A DNA stretch of 63,985 bases, filler included, from Barthelona sp. PAP020 (GCA_040182905.1; 4 parts of 4 records of this genome joined end to end with filler, not necessarily neighbours in it); one strand, 5' to 3'. Shown: positions 52,302 to 63,745, numbered from the whole stretch's first letter. Notes: generated from the letters alone by a model not told the origin. Numbers and translations are program-made.

Positions 52302-52369
52302 TAAAGACTTTATTATTCTCAGTTAGAGTTTGGGGGTACTTGCAATTGAGTCGTTTTATGTGGATGGTT
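52302..52369 (-). repeat. Repeat family R2, copy 1
   Basis: Reverse complement aaccatccacataaaacgactcaattgcaagtacccccaaactctaactgagaataataaagtcttta matches 63677-63745. Confidence 0.85.
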
Positions 52370-52607
52370 GCCTTTTTTCAATAACTCAAAAGGGCTCTTT
52401 TTGTCACTTCAACTTTTAATCTTGAGGTGTCTGTTTGTGTTTGAAAATTGTTGGAGAAAATCAAAGACATATTGCATGATATTTTGAATTGTTTGGAAAG
52501 GAATCTTTTTTGCAACATAAACACATAACTCAAGTTTTCTATCATCATCAATCATACAAAAAAAGTTTCATTATCATATTTATTGACTAAATTACAAGAG
52601 AACTGAT

Positions 52608-55600
52608 TCAATGTTCTGCAACATTGATATCTGGCAAATTTATGGCAAAGTCAGTACTGTTTGTTTCAAGCCCCAATTCTCTTCTTAAAAATGAGGATTC
52701 CTCAGGTCCTGTCTCAAAGATCAAATTCGATAACAAACTCTCTGGTTTGGCTGCTAAAGTTTTCAATGAATCAAATTCAATCAATTCACCATGGTCAAAG
52801 CACATAACACGATCATAATCAACAATGGTTTTAAGTCTGTGCGCAATTGTGATTATTGTTCTGTTTTGGAATTGATTTCTCAACACACTTTGAACCAATT
52901 TGTCAGTTTCATTGTCGATGCTACTGGTAGCTTCATCTAAAACTAAGATTCTTGTGTCATCTAATAAAGCACGAGCCAAACATACTAATTGTCTTTGTCC
53001 AACAGACAAATTTGCACCTGCTTCACTAATCTCGTAATCAAGTCCGTTTTCATCAACAAAAGCCTTTAAATTAGCTAATTCTAATGCTTTCAACAATTGA
53101 TCATCAGTGCATTTTTTAAAAGGGTCAAGGTTATGTCTTAAAGAAGCGTTGAACATCATAGGTGTTTGAGGAATCACACTGATAGCCTTTCTTAGATGTT
53201 GTAAACCGACTTCTTGATGGTCTAATCCATCAATTAAAATTTTACCTTCTGCTAATTCAAACGTTCTGAATAAAGCATTCAACATTGTTGATTTGCCACT
53301 GCCAGTACGACCAACAACAGCTATTTTTTCACCAGCTTCAATTTCTGCATTAACATTCTTTAAAACTAATTCTAAACCGTCACGATATCTTGCATCCACA
53401 TTTCTGAATGAAATAGTAGGTCTATTTACCCAATTTTCAGGTGGTTGGGGCTCATAATGGTCCTTTTCTTGTGTCAAATCCATATAAGCCAAAATTCTTT
53501 CAACAGCATTCATGGCCGTCTCTGCTTCAACATAAAAGACAATAACCATCGTAACAAGTAGAACAAGAGAAAGTGAAGAACTTATGGCAATGGCAGAATA
53601 TTCAATAGGGGTTTCAACAATTGTTGCAAGATACACAGTACCAGTGATCAATAACGCAGAAACAACATTGGAACGAATATCAACCCAACCACGAACCGCA
53701 GCATAATGGAACAATGTGCTACTATAAAAGTTGATGATACGGTCTGCATGAATTAAGAATCGATCTTCCATATCAAATGATTTAATAGAGGACAAAGAAC
53801 CCAAAGTATCCTTAAAATGTTCAATGATTGGGGTACGACTGACGTTCATCAATCTACGGATATCACGAGCAGAGGGTCTAAATTTCATGATAACCCAAAT
53901 CAAAATAGCAAACGATGGAATCAAAAAGGGAATAAAAATTGGAAAAATGACACCTAGAACAATGAAAGTAACGACAAATGTAGAAAACATCTGAAACACA
54001 AAACCTATCGCCATCGACAAACTGGTGTCAATACCAATAAAATCTGCTGAAAACCTGTTTAAAACTCTACCAACAGGGGTTTGATCAAAGAATGACATTG
54101 GAGCATGTAGAACACGAGTGATCAATTCGTGATGTAAAGTTTTTGAGCCGTTAACAGATAAATGTGCCAAAAATATCTTGCCAATCCACATAGTGATAAT
54201 GGTGATAATAGAAACAACAGAATACCAGATCAAATGAGAATACCTTCCACTGATCAAGGTGATGAAATATGGTGTTTTGAGAACAGTCCACCAAGCAAGT
54301 ATAAATGAAGAAAGTTGCTGAGTAATCGGTGAAAGCAAGATTACGATACAAAATAAAACCCAAGTTCTAAGACTTCCCAAAGCACCAAAATATCTTATCC
54401 AAATATTTCCTTTAACACCACCATGTAATAGTTCCTCATCTGTAGTCAATTGACCAGCAGCTAAAGTTTGTTCATTGTCTTCAGCATGAGTGATTTGGGC
54501 ATTTGGATCGGATAACACTGAAAGGGCTCTTAAATCAACATTGTTATAATTTAACTTTGGTAATGTCTGTAACTCCGGTTCATTTGTGTAATCATCGGTG
54601 ATAGTATTGTGTAACTCAACATCATATTCATTATCAGCGTCAAAACTGACGATTTCAAGATCATCACCAGTTTTTTTGTCAATACCTGCAAGAAGTGTTT
54701 GGAATTCATTGCAATTGTTTGATAATTCCTCAAAAGTACCACGATGCTTTATCTTTTGATCTCCAACAAGCAAAATCTCATCTGCAAAATCTAAATTATG
54801 AATATGATGCGTAGCAAAAATTACTGCCTTATTTTGTTCCTTGAAATGTTTCAAAACAAAATGTACAAGATGTTTTCCAACATGAGCATCAACAGCACTC
54901 AAAACATCATCTAAAACAATTAAATCACGATCAGAATACACTGCTCTTGCCAAGCACAAACGTTGTTTTTGACCACCAGACAAATTGATACCACGACCAC
55001 CAATTTCAATCAAATCACCTGCAATATCGCCAACTGATAACTGTTTGATGTCAGCAGACATAGCACATCTTTTTAAAGTCTCCTCATAACGTTCAGAATT
55101 CAAAGGGCTGCCGAAAAGAATGTTATCACGAAGGGTTGCATTGAATATTGTGGGTTCTTGAGGTACATAAGCAACAGAAGAAGAGATACGACGTGAACCA
55201 GAAGACAATTGCATTGAACCTATAATGCATTCTAATAATGAACTTTTACCACTTCCAACAGACCCACAAACACCTACAACTTGGCCTGGTTTCAAACTTA
55301 AATTGATATCAAGAAGTTTGAATGTTTCTTGTTGAGATAATGTGAAGACCTTTTTTATTTCGGCAGGAAGCTTTTCAAGTTGTTCAGAAGTCAATTCGAT
55401 TTTGTTCGAATTGAAACCAGGATCAACTTTTTCAGCGTTTTCAGTTTCTTTTGCTTCAAATTCAGGTAAATATTTGGTCAGTTCTGGAACAGGTGGAGCC
55501 TTCCATTCAAAGTTTCCATTTTCAATCTGTACACAAAAACCTTCATCGGGTGCAACATAAGAATCATACAGTTCATCTGCATCAAGGAACTCTTGTATAC

Positions 55601-56729
55601 GTTTATTACCCACAGAAACATCAGAAAGCGCTGGAAGAATTCTTGATATCATAGAGAGTGGATTTATCAGAGCGTAAAACCAAGAAAGTGCTGGGAATAC
55701 AACCTGTGGCCCTAAAGGCTGTTCATTAAAAATAATGTAAATAATAAAGGTTACAACAGGCAGTAAAAATTGCTGTGACGTTACTAATGCGATGACATGA
55801 GCAAAAATGCGTTGAATACCACTGATATGCACTAGTTCTTGTTCTCTAATTTCTTCAATCATTTCTTGTATTGGTTCTTCCCATGCCATTAACTTAACTC
55901 CATGAATTTGATTCAAGAATTCAGTTGCTTTTTGAACACGTAAATCAGCCTTTTTAATCAGACCTGAAAAATGAAATTTCAATGCCATGGCAATAAAAAC
56001 ATTTGCAGGCACAATAATGAAAAGAACTGCTAAAGCAGCAATTGGATACCAACCCATTTCTTTATACAGTAGTACAAAAACAACAATAATTACAATGGGA
56101 GCTGTGTAAATATCGTGAAACATTTGAAAAATATGAGTAAAACGTTCGACATCCGCAGTGATCAAATTTGTAATTGTCCCGCTGCTAAATTGCATCCTAG
56201 AATTCGAAGATAACTTCAAACTCTTGCGATATAAGGTGTCTGTTAAAGCATTTCTAACTTTGGCAGAAATCACAAACTGATAAAAAGTGTAAAAGGTTTG
56301 TGCAAATGATCTAACCAATGATGTAATCAAAAATAAACCCACAAATCTAAGCGTTTCATTTGTAGTACTGAAAGGATTCATTAACGTGATCAAAAGATCA
56401 CTTTGAACACTTGGCAAATACAATGTGATGGCATTTGAAATAGCACCTAAAATAAACGAAAAAAACAACAATCCAATATTAAATTTCAATAAGGGTGTCC
56501 ATTTTGGATACGGTTTATCTGTTCCTTCAACACTTTTTTTCCCTTCTTCTCTATAATAACGATATTGTTCACCCAAGGTAAGAGCATCGTATTTTTTTGG
56601 TATCGGAGGCAAAGTATTTTGGTTGATATTATTATCTGTACCATCTTTTATCGTAGTTGATGCAAAATTGAAAAACAACTTTGAAAACAATCCACTTTCA
56701 TCATATGGAGCTTCTTTATATTTTGACAT
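52608..56729 (-). CDS. ABCC/MRP-family ABC transporter
   Basis: TMD-NBD-TMD-NBD; GSVGSGKSS, NLSGGQKQR, FFDQTPVGRVLNRFS, GRTGSGKS, NLSVGQRQL, LDEATS. Confidence 0.95.
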   Translation of the reverse strand: MSKYKEAPYDESGLFSKLFFNFASTTIKDGTDNNINQNTLPPIPKKYDALTLGEQYRYYREEGKKSVEGTDKPYPKWTPLLKFNIGLLFFSFILGAISNAITLYLPSVQSDLLITLMNPFSTTNETLRFVGLFLITSLVRSFAQTFYTFYQFVISAKVRNALTDTLYRKSLKLSSNSRMQFSSGTITNLITADVERFTHIFQMFHDIYTAPIVIIVVFVLLYKEMGWYPIAALAVLFIIVPANVFIAMALKFHFSGLIKKADLRVQKATEFLNQIHGVKLMAWEEPIQEMIEEIREQELVHISGIQRIFAHVIALVTSQQFLLPVVTFIIYIIFNEQPLGPQVVFPALSWFYALINPLSMISRILPALSDVSVGNKRIQEFLDADELYDSYVAPDEGFCVQIENGNFEWKAPPVPELTKYLPEFEAKETENAEKVDPGFNSNKIELTSEQLEKLPAEIKKVFTLSQQETFKLLDINLSLKPGQVVGVCGSVGSGKSSLLECIIGSMQLSSGSRRISSSVAYVPQEPTIFNATLRDNILFGSPLNSERYEETLKRCAMSADIKQLSVGDIAGDLIEIGGRGINLSGGQKQRLCLARAVYSDRDLIVLDDVLSAVDAHVGKHLVHFVLKHFKEQNKAVIFATHHIHNLDFADEILLVGDQKIKHRGTFEELSNNCNEFQTLLAGIDKKTGDDLEIVSFDADNEYDVELHNTITDDYTNEPELQTLPKLNYNNVDLRALSVLSDPNAQITHAEDNEQTLAAGQLTTDEELLHGGVKGNIWIRYFGALGSLRTWVLFCIVILLSPITQQLSSFILAWWTVLKTPYFITLISGRYSHLIWYSVVSIITIITMWIGKIFLAHLSVNGSKTLHHELITRVLHAPMSFFDQTPVGRVLNRFSADFIGIDTSLSMAIGFVFQMFSTFVVTFIVLGVIFPIFIPFLIPSFAILIWVIMKFRPSARDIRRLMNVSRTPIIEHFKDTLGSLSSIKSFDMEDRFLIHADRIINFYSSTLFHYAAVRGWVDIRSNVVSALLITGTVYLATIVETPIEYSAIAISSSLSLVLLVTMVIVFYVEAETAMNAVERILAYMDLTQEKDHYEPQPPENWVNRPTISFRNVDARYRDGLELVLKNVNAEIEAGEKIAVVGRTGSGKSTMLNALFRTFELAEGKILIDGLDHQEVGLQHLRKAISVIPQTPMMFNASLRHNLDPFKKCTDDQLLKALELANLKAFVDENGLDYEISEAGANLSVGQRQLVCLARALLDDTRILVLDEATSSIDNETDKLVQSVLRNQFQNRTIITIAHRLKTIVDYDRVMCFDHGELIEFDSLKTLAAKPESLLSNLIFETGPEESSFLRRELGLETNSTDFAINLPDINVAEH

Positions 56730-57061
56730 TTAATTATTTTCAAAATATAAATAAAATAAAAGTACAAAGTTAAAAAAAGAAATCTACCACAACAGTCTGT
56801 CACATTTTTATTGAACAAGGTACCGACTTAAAATATTGAGAAAAACGAAATTTGCAAATACAGTACGATTTCATACTCACCAAAATGAGGAAATCAAAAA
56901 ATTGTAAACCAAAACATATATTCTCTTTTTGACTTTAATTTCCCCTACTTTTGATACAGAATGTAAAAATGTCAATCAATTCAAAATTTTTTTCATTGAA
57001 AACAACTTTTTCATCAATTGAAAGGAAAAAAATTTTTTTTTCAATCAAATTTTTGAAAATC

Positions 57062-58285
57062 ATGTTACAACCAAGATATACACCATATGATACAAGTGTA
57101 TCGAGACAATTTAAATCATATGAAATGAGTTTGGTTGACCCAAGATTTACTTCCAATTACATATACGCACCTGTTACTCTAGATTTTCAAGATGGAAAAA
57201 AACATGTGTATGAAACATTTTTATGGGATTTACATGACCCTAACACTACTTTATCTCAATTTGCAAAGACTTTAGTTGCTGATTTATGTTTGTCAAAGAG
57301 CGCTATTGACGAAATAATTGATAAAATAAGTCAAACGTTGAACGAATATCCTCGTAATTTTAATTTCAATGCCAAGCATTTAATTTTACGAATGCCTTTA
57401 AATATTAACATTGGTGAAGTTCATTACAGAGATACAATTGATTGGGACGTTATGAATCATTCTTTGAGTCCTGAAGATTTCTCGATGATTACTGTTCGAG
57501 ACCTTCGTTTACCTCAAACATTTGCTCCTGTTATTGCACATTCTATACGTTCACATATTTCAAAAGCTTTAGTTTTTATGATTCAACATGGTCAAAATGC
57601 AGCAGAATCCTCATTACCCCTTCCAAAAAGGTCACTTTGGACATTAGATCAAGTAGCCCAATTCACCCCTTACGTTTTTAGCAATGTTGAAAATCAACAA
57701 CATTTCAACAATCCTCAAGGACCCATAACATTCAATCAAATGTCTTCCAGAAAGCCCACTACTGAACCTCATCATAGCCTTCAGTTGAGAGATCCTGTAA
57801 GCTTCATGCAGGGTAGAAGATCTGTCGAAGCTATTTCTATTCATGTATCTCAACTTTTTGAAAAAGGTCATTCTGTGGCACAAATCATGGACGAAATGAA
57901 AGTAACCAAATGTGCTGTTCACAGAGTTTTGCTAAATCACAAACATTGGAAATTTGAAGACTTAACTTCATTGGATAATTTAGTTGAATTAGTTGTAAAT
58001 CGATCTTTACCAATGGTTGAGGTTGCTGATGTTTTAGATTGCCCCATCCCCATAATTATTAATCATTTGAGCGAGATTTTGAACACTGTACCCAATGATA
58101 TCAAAGAAGTATTCACTAAACACATCACCCATTATTCAGATATGTTTGAACAAAGAAGATTGTCCATTCACACTGATGATTTAACTTGGTTATGGAAACA
58201 AAAAGATTATGATCACCAGAGGATTAGTGATTTATTAGGAATTTCATTGACAACATTAAAGAGAAGAATGAAAGAATTTGAATAA
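57062..58285 (+). CDS. SNF5/INI1-family chromatin remodelling subunit with unusual C-terminal tandem HTH-like extension
   Basis: RPT1 PVTLDF...ETFLWD...QFAKTLVADL; RPT2 DTIDWDV...SPEDFS...DLRL...IAHSIR; tail with HTH-like motifs. Confidence 0.85.
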   Translation: MLQPRYTPYDTSVSRQFKSYEMSLVDPRFTSNYIYAPVTLDFQDGKKHVYETFLWDLHDPNTTLSQFAKTLVADLCLSKSAIDEIIDKISQTLNEYPRNFNFNAKHLILRMPLNINIGEVHYRDTIDWDVMNHSLSPEDFSMITVRDLRLPQTFAPVIAHSIRSHISKALVFMIQHGQNAAESSLPLPKRSLWTLDQVAQFTPYVFSNVENQQHFNNPQGPITFNQMSSRKPTTEPHHSLQLRDPVSFMQGRRSVEAISIHVSQLFEKGHSVAQIMDEMKVTKCAVHRVLLNHKHWKFEDLTSLDNLVELVVNRSLPMVEVADVLDCPIPIIINHLSEILNTVPNDIKEVFTKHITHYSDMFEQRRLSIHTDDLTWLWKQKDYDHQRISDLLGISLTTLKRRMKEFE

Positions 58286-58442
58286 AGTTGAATTTTGCAA
58301 TTTTGTTATTTTTATGTTTTTTTTTTCTGATATTCCTCAATTGTTAATTAATTAATTTATATTTAATTATTTTGATGTATATTTTTCTTCAATTAAAGAA
58401 TAAAGGTTTGATATTTTCTACATTTTTTTTTTTAAAAAAGAG

Positions 58443-59516
58443 ATGAAATTTGTTACATCAAAAAACACAACTGTAACAACTTTACCATTAGAAGAAAAAT
58501 GGAATCAAAAGGATTGTTTTATTAGAGTTTGGCCTGATAATATTGACGATATATACACTTTGTATTCAATAATATTTCCTTCTGATTTAGTAGAAGCCTT
58601 TTCTGTGAGAAAAGTTGCAAAAACCGTTGGAAATGTGGTTCATCAAAATCGTGTTATGGGATTTGTAACCGTACAAGTATTATCGACAGAATTATTGCAT
58701 AGTGAAGGTGTTTTACGTATTAAAGGAATTGTAATTAACGGTCCAGATCAAGGAATGATTGGAAGACAACATACAATTGAATGTATGACCAATGAAGTGG
58801 TTGGTATTTCAAAAATACCTGGTGAATGGATGTTATGTGACTGTAAAAATAAATTAATTGACGCTGTTGAGACTGTTAAAGGCATATTTGGAATCATTGT
58901 AGTGTTAAACAAATTATCTGCATCAATAGCATTGGTTAGTCACTTAATTACTTCTGTTGAAGTCTCTATTAATTCAATGGATGATAGTTATGAGAGCCTT
59001 CTCAACAGTTTTGATAATGTCGTTCAACCTTTTGTTAATGCAAGCAAACGTCCCCGCGTTATCATAGCATCTCCTGGATTTTATGCGAATCAATTTTTAA
59101 AGAAACTTCCCAAAGATTTGGTGTCAAAGTTTGATGTTTCTTCAATTCATGTACATGAAGGAATTCCCGATGAAATTCCTGAAATTGTTAGCAAAGAATT
59201 CCAATTACATGGTGGTAGTCAAATAAATCAAGAAGAATGTATTGAAAGAATCCTTTACACAATGGCTAGAAATCCTGATTTGGTTGTGTTTGGAGAGCAA
59301 GAAGTGGATGATGCGTTATCTTTTCATGCAATTGATGAGCTGTTTATCGCAGACGATTATATACGCATTGTTGGACCCACAAAATACAGTAGTTTATTGG
59401 AAAGATTGGAAATACAGGGAGGTAAATATACTACTTTGAGCGTTCGTCATCCTTCTGGTGAACAATTAGTTAGTTTCGGTCGATTGGTTGCATTATTAAG
59501 GTTTAAAATTGAATAG
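58443..59516 (+). CDS. PELO: Pelota/Dom34 ribosome rescue factor
   Basis: PDNIDDIYTLYSIIFPSDLV...RKV, LRIKG, GRQHTIE, IIASPGF, HPSGEQLVSFGRLVALLRF. Confidence 0.9.
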   Translation: MKFVTSKNTTVTTLPLEEKWNQKDCFIRVWPDNIDDIYTLYSIIFPSDLVEAFSVRKVAKTVGNVVHQNRVMGFVTVQVLSTELLHSEGVLRIKGIVINGPDQGMIGRQHTIECMTNEVVGISKIPGEWMLCDCKNKLIDAVETVKGIFGIIVVLNKLSASIALVSHLITSVEVSINSMDDSYESLLNSFDNVVQPFVNASKRPRVIIASPGFYANQFLKKLPKDLVSKFDVSSIHVHEGIPDEIPEIVSKEFQLHGGSQINQEECIERILYTMARNPDLVVFGEQEVDDALSFHAIDELFIADDYIRIVGPTKYSSLLERLEIQGGKYTTLSVRHPSGEQLVSFGRLVALLRFKIE

Positions 59517-59668
59517 GTTTTTAGAACATGGAACATAAGATTAATAAATTATCCTATTATTTATTTGTTTTTATATTTGCCATTTATTTAGATAGATCGT
59601 CAAATTTATTGTTGAAGCAATTGTAAAAAGAAGGATTACATTTTTATTTTTATTCATTCTTTTGTAAT

Positions 59669-60235
59669 ATGAATAATAATGTTCAAGACGATATCAAACT
59701 TTTAAAAGAATCGTTTTCTAACCATATTTTTCCATCTAATACGACGGAATCATTTTTAACAAATAATGAAACTGAAACATCTTTAACTGAAGCACATACA
59801 TTTATTCAATCAGATTTGATGAAATTAGGAAAAAATAAATCAACGAATGCATTTCCTCAATTGCCAATTTCTCCAAATTCAAAAAGAAACAGTAAAGATT
59901 TGCAAAAATACAGGTCAATTCGTAAAAACCATTCGTTTGTGCCTGTTTCCGATCACCAATCTGAAATTTCCACTTCTCCTTCAAAATTAGTATTAAATCC
60001 ATATAAATCTTGCAGATCTTGTGCAGATTTTAATAGTCATACAATGGATAAAGATGATTTAGATACCAATAACACACATGGTTTAACTAGAAGCAAAGCC
60101 AGTAAAAATTTACATAAAAAATTGACCAAAACTCTTACTACAGAAAATTTAGACACATCAAACAGCAAAGATAAAACGAATTATTCGCTTTTTCCCAAAT
60201 TGAGTGATTCTCCGAACAGCATTGTAAACATTTGA
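59669..60235 (+). CDS. Hypothetical S/N-rich disordered protein
   Basis: 188-aa ATG-started ORF occupying the intergenic slot; no motif recognised. Confidence 0.55.
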   Translation: MNNNVQDDIKLLKESFSNHIFPSNTTESFLTNNETETSLTEAHTFIQSDLMKLGKNKSTNAFPQLPISPNSKRNSKDLQKYRSIRKNHSFVPVSDHQSEISTSPSKLVLNPYKSCRSCADFNSHTMDKDDLDTNNTHGLTRSKASKNLHKKLTKTLTTENLDTSNSKDKTNYSLFPKLSDSPNSIVNI

Positions 60236-60492
60236 TATAAATTGCCAAAATAAAAACTTTTTTGTTCCAAATAATTAAGAATATAATTATGTTATAAACA
60301 AATTATAAACGAAAAAGGAAAAGACTAAAAAGATTATTCCCCCTAAAAAGAAAAAGCAGGCATTTTCATTATTTCCAAAAGAAATGTTAAAATCACTATT
60401 ATTTCTTTTAAAAAGAAGCAAATAAACTAAAAAGTTTAACAAATGCAGTTTCTTTTTTTTTTGATTTTAAACAATTGAATAGTTTATTAACA

Positions 60493-63429
60493 ATGGATTA
60501 TGAAGAAATTGAACTAGTGATTGAAGAAATTAAAAAATTAGAAGCATTGACAAAATTAAAGAAAATTAATGTTCCTGATTTAAATAATATATTAAACGAT
60601 TTATTATCCGATTTATCATCAGCTTTAGGATTTACTCCTGAACATTATTCAAAAGAATATGATAAATTAATGACGATTCTTTTGAAACTATATCAACATC
60701 CTTCATTTGACATGATCGATTCATATTTTTCTGTAATCACTTATTTACATACTAAATTGAACACATTACCCGATAAATCACAGATCTTATTGATAGATAT
60801 CAGTGAAGATTTATTATTAAAAGACAAACATAAATACTCTTCTTTATTGCCGTGTACAATCATGTGGTTATTAGCTGTATCATTGGATCAATATTCGAAA
60901 GTGAATGACATTAAAAGGGTATCACAATTTCTCGAAGATCTATATCTTTTTGATTATGAAGATGAAGATACAGTGACTTTGATTACCTTTTTAAAACGTT
61001 GTATGTATCATCCGACCTATTTAAAGACTGAACTTGGAAGAAAGAGTTTAGCACTTATGTTTCGAACGAACATTCATCTGTTATCTCATTTACACAGTTG
61101 TACCATTGCTACAATTCGTTTTTTATCTTTGTCACATTCACGGTTTTTGGGAGAAGTTGTGTTAAGGGCCTATCGAAAGTCTGATGCATTGATCAAGGTG
61201 AAATTAGATAATTTGCTGCAGGATGTTGCTAAACATGCGTTGTTATCGTTGAATCATGAGGATTCAAGAAGGTGTCGTCGATTTCTTGAACCTTTTTCAA
61301 ATGTACAAAATTCTAAAGAAATAGAAGCCTCTATGTACTCTATCATAAAACCTTTGGTTTTAGCAGGCATTCAAGGGGAAAATATGATTGGCAAGATGAA
61401 TGCCTACAAGTTGTTAAACTTGTTTTTCCCACTCCTTGATCCCTTTTCCAGTGTAAAAGCACAGAAACAATTCATTGAAACCCAATTAGACTGGTTAGTT
61501 GAGGATTGTTGGAATTGTTTCAGTGAAGTACGTGCCTGTTGTATCTCTATTGTTGGAGACTTTTTTTTAAACCACTCCATTGTATTCACCGGTAAATATA
61601 TTAGCAAATTTTCTGAAATCATTGAGAAATTGATGGTGGATGAAGATGTGGCGGTAAGAATTAGTTCCATACAAACAATTGACAAGTTGGTCAGAATACC
61701 CACTGATATCAATTTTGTTATAAGTTTTGAAAAGTTTTTCACCATTCTAAAAGAACGTTTATATGATAGCTCTATGAATGTACGAATTAATGTTTTGAAG
61801 GTTTATGAAAGTTTGATAAATTATGAGGATAAGACTTTTGAAATTGAAAGTATTTTGGAAGATCTTTTGTATTTATCAATCAAATGTTCCAATATGATTC
61901 AAATCAAGATAGCGAAATTAATTTTTCCGCTAATTTTTAACAATACACGTGAGATTTCCCAACAATGTTCTTTATTTTATAATTTAATTGAGTTAAGTCC
62001 TTTTGCTATGATGAATTTGAGTAAATTTTTCTTTGTCATCAATGGACTGAATGATACTTTAAATTTTTTGAATAATTTCGTATCTTTTGTGTTGGAGATA
62101 CAAAATGAGCAAGAAAATGCAGCAAATAATGTATTTTTAGCTATAAATAGATGCATAATAACAATTTTTGATAACATGGGTAAGATTAAACATTTAAAGG
62201 AAATTAATGAAGCAATAAATGAGATTATAGAACCATTAATTCAGAAATTGATTGAATTAGATGAATCAAGTGAATTTCAAGCAAAATTCATCAAAAACGA
62301 CATTGAAAATATTAAGAATATCATATTTGATTTATTAGAATATGCTTCTTATGAAATAAGGATTAAATATTTTGAAAATCCTATCAACGAATCTCAATTA
62401 ACACCATATTATAGAATGAAATTGAATTTAAACAATGTAAAAGATATAAAAGATGCAAAAGATGGTGGAATTACTAAAACAATAAATGATTTCTGTAAAA
62501 ATATTCCAAAAATTCAAAATATTCCTCAAAACATTTCAATTTTAAAAACAGGAATGAATGATCCTGAAACACAAATGATCATCATCAATCATAAGAAGAT
62601 TATTGAAATTTTTGGTTTTTTGATAAAAGAATTTGAAACGTTTGACGATGAAGAATCTCAAATATTTATTATAGTCTTAGGAGTAAATCTTTGTATCAGC
62701 AAAATTGAATATGCTAGAGAGATTTTCCAGAAATTATTGAGCATATTACAATTTACTCTCGTAGAATACAAGTATATTGCTGATCTTTTCTGTTGCATTG
62801 ATCCAGCGATATTGTTTGACAATACGCAAGAATTGTTCGACCTTCTTTCAAAATACTCATCTTTGGAAGATCAAAAAACTTATCAAATTGGTATTTTGAA
62901 GATTTTGGAAAATTGTTTAAAAACCAAATTTATGCAATTGTATGAATTAGCTCAATTTCTTGTTCATTTTGAAGAAACTTATTCCCTTTCAACAAATGTA
63001 TATTTATCAAACCTTGCTAGAACAATCTCAAAGAATTTTGATGACTTTGAACAATTCTCTTTCATTCAATCAATATTTGAAGCTTCTTTAGACTCTCCAG
63101 ATTACATGTGCAAATTACAAATTTTGAAGCAAAGTTTGAGGTTCAACAGTAACTTGGGAGTGCAATTGTTGATTTCCATCTTTCAAAAAATTCAAGATCA
63201 AGATCAAGACCAAGATTTTTCATATGTTCAAAAAGTTCAAATGTTTGTGGAAGATATTTTAAAATTGAACATAATGAAGAGAAACCATACTCAGATGATC
63301 AAACAATTGACTCAAGACTGGAAAGAAATTGTCGAGGCTGATGCGCAGAAACAGAATGGTCATGTGAATATTGTCAACAGTAGTTCAAAGATTGAAGAAG
63401 TTTCTGACACTGAAGATATGGAACAATGA
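60493..63429 (+). CDS. NCAPG2: Condensin II complex subunit G2 (HEAT repeats)
   Basis: LLPCTIMWLL, DIKRV...LYLFDYEDED, CMYHPTYLKTELGRKSL, LGEVVLRAYR, FFPLLDP, HEAT repeats. Confidence 0.8.
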   Translation: MDYEEIELVIEEIKKLEALTKLKKINVPDLNNILNDLLSDLSSALGFTPEHYSKEYDKLMTILLKLYQHPSFDMIDSYFSVITYLHTKLNTLPDKSQILLIDISEDLLLKDKHKYSSLLPCTIMWLLAVSLDQYSKVNDIKRVSQFLEDLYLFDYEDEDTVTLITFLKRCMYHPTYLKTELGRKSLALMFRTNIHLLSHLHSCTIATIRFLSLSHSRFLGEVVLRAYRKSDALIKVKLDNLLQDVAKHALLSLNHEDSRRCRRFLEPFSNVQNSKEIEASMYSIIKPLVLAGIQGENMIGKMNAYKLLNLFFPLLDPFSSVKAQKQFIETQLDWLVEDCWNCFSEVRACCISIVGDFFLNHSIVFTGKYISKFSEIIEKLMVDEDVAVRISSIQTIDKLVRIPTDINFVISFEKFFTILKERLYDSSMNVRINVLKVYESLINYEDKTFEIESILEDLLYLSIKCSNMIQIKIAKLIFPLIFNNTREISQQCSLFYNLIELSPFAMMNLSKFFFVINGLNDTLNFLNNFVSFVLEIQNEQENAANNVFLAINRCIITIFDNMGKIKHLKEINEAINEIIEPLIQKLIELDESSEFQAKFIKNDIENIKNIIFDLLEYASYEIRIKYFENPINESQLTPYYRMKLNLNNVKDIKDAKDGGITKTINDFCKNIPKIQNIPQNISILKTGMNDPETQMIIINHKKIIEIFGFLIKEFETFDDEESQIFIIVLGVNLCISKIEYAREIFQKLLSILQFTLVEYKYIADLFCCIDPAILFDNTQELFDLLSKYSSLEDQKTYQIGILKILENCLKTKFMQLYELAQFLVHFEETYSLSTNVYLSNLARTISKNFDDFEQFSFIQSIFEASLDSPDYMCKLQILKQSLRFNSNLGVQLLISIFQKIQDQDQDQDFSYVQKVQMFVEDILKLNIMKRNHTQMIKQLTQDWKEIVEADAQKQNGHVNIVNSSSKIEEVSDTEDMEQ

Positions 63430-63676
63430 ACAAATAAAGATTGATTGATTTTTTTTTTTTTTCCTTCTTTTTTTTTTGCTTGGATTGGACTTTGGAAATT
63501 TTAGTCACAAGAGATGAATAAAAAGTTGATTTGAAGAAAACAAAAGCTTTAATTGAAAGCTAAAATAGACTTCGGAACCCTTATCTTATCATTAAAACAA
63601 AGAGTATTGCACTTTTCTTTAAATACCCACGCCATCCAAACCGGAAACATTTCTTCTTTTTTTTAAGAGTGCTTTG

Positions 63677-63745
63677 AACCATCCACGCAAGACAACTCAG
63701 TTGCAAGTACCCCCAAACTCTAATCGAGAACAATAAAGATCTTTA
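63677..63745 (+). repeat. Repeat family R2, copy 2
   Basis: aaccatccacgcaagacaactcagttgcaagtacccccaaactctaatcgagaacaataaagatcttta; 23-bp exact core shared with copy 1. Confidence 0.85.

Noticed and set aside
52302..63745. R2 copies as terminal inverted repeats of an 11-kb transposon
   Set aside because: Enclosed genes are ordinary housekeeping genes; ends are ragged, with no TSD or transposase
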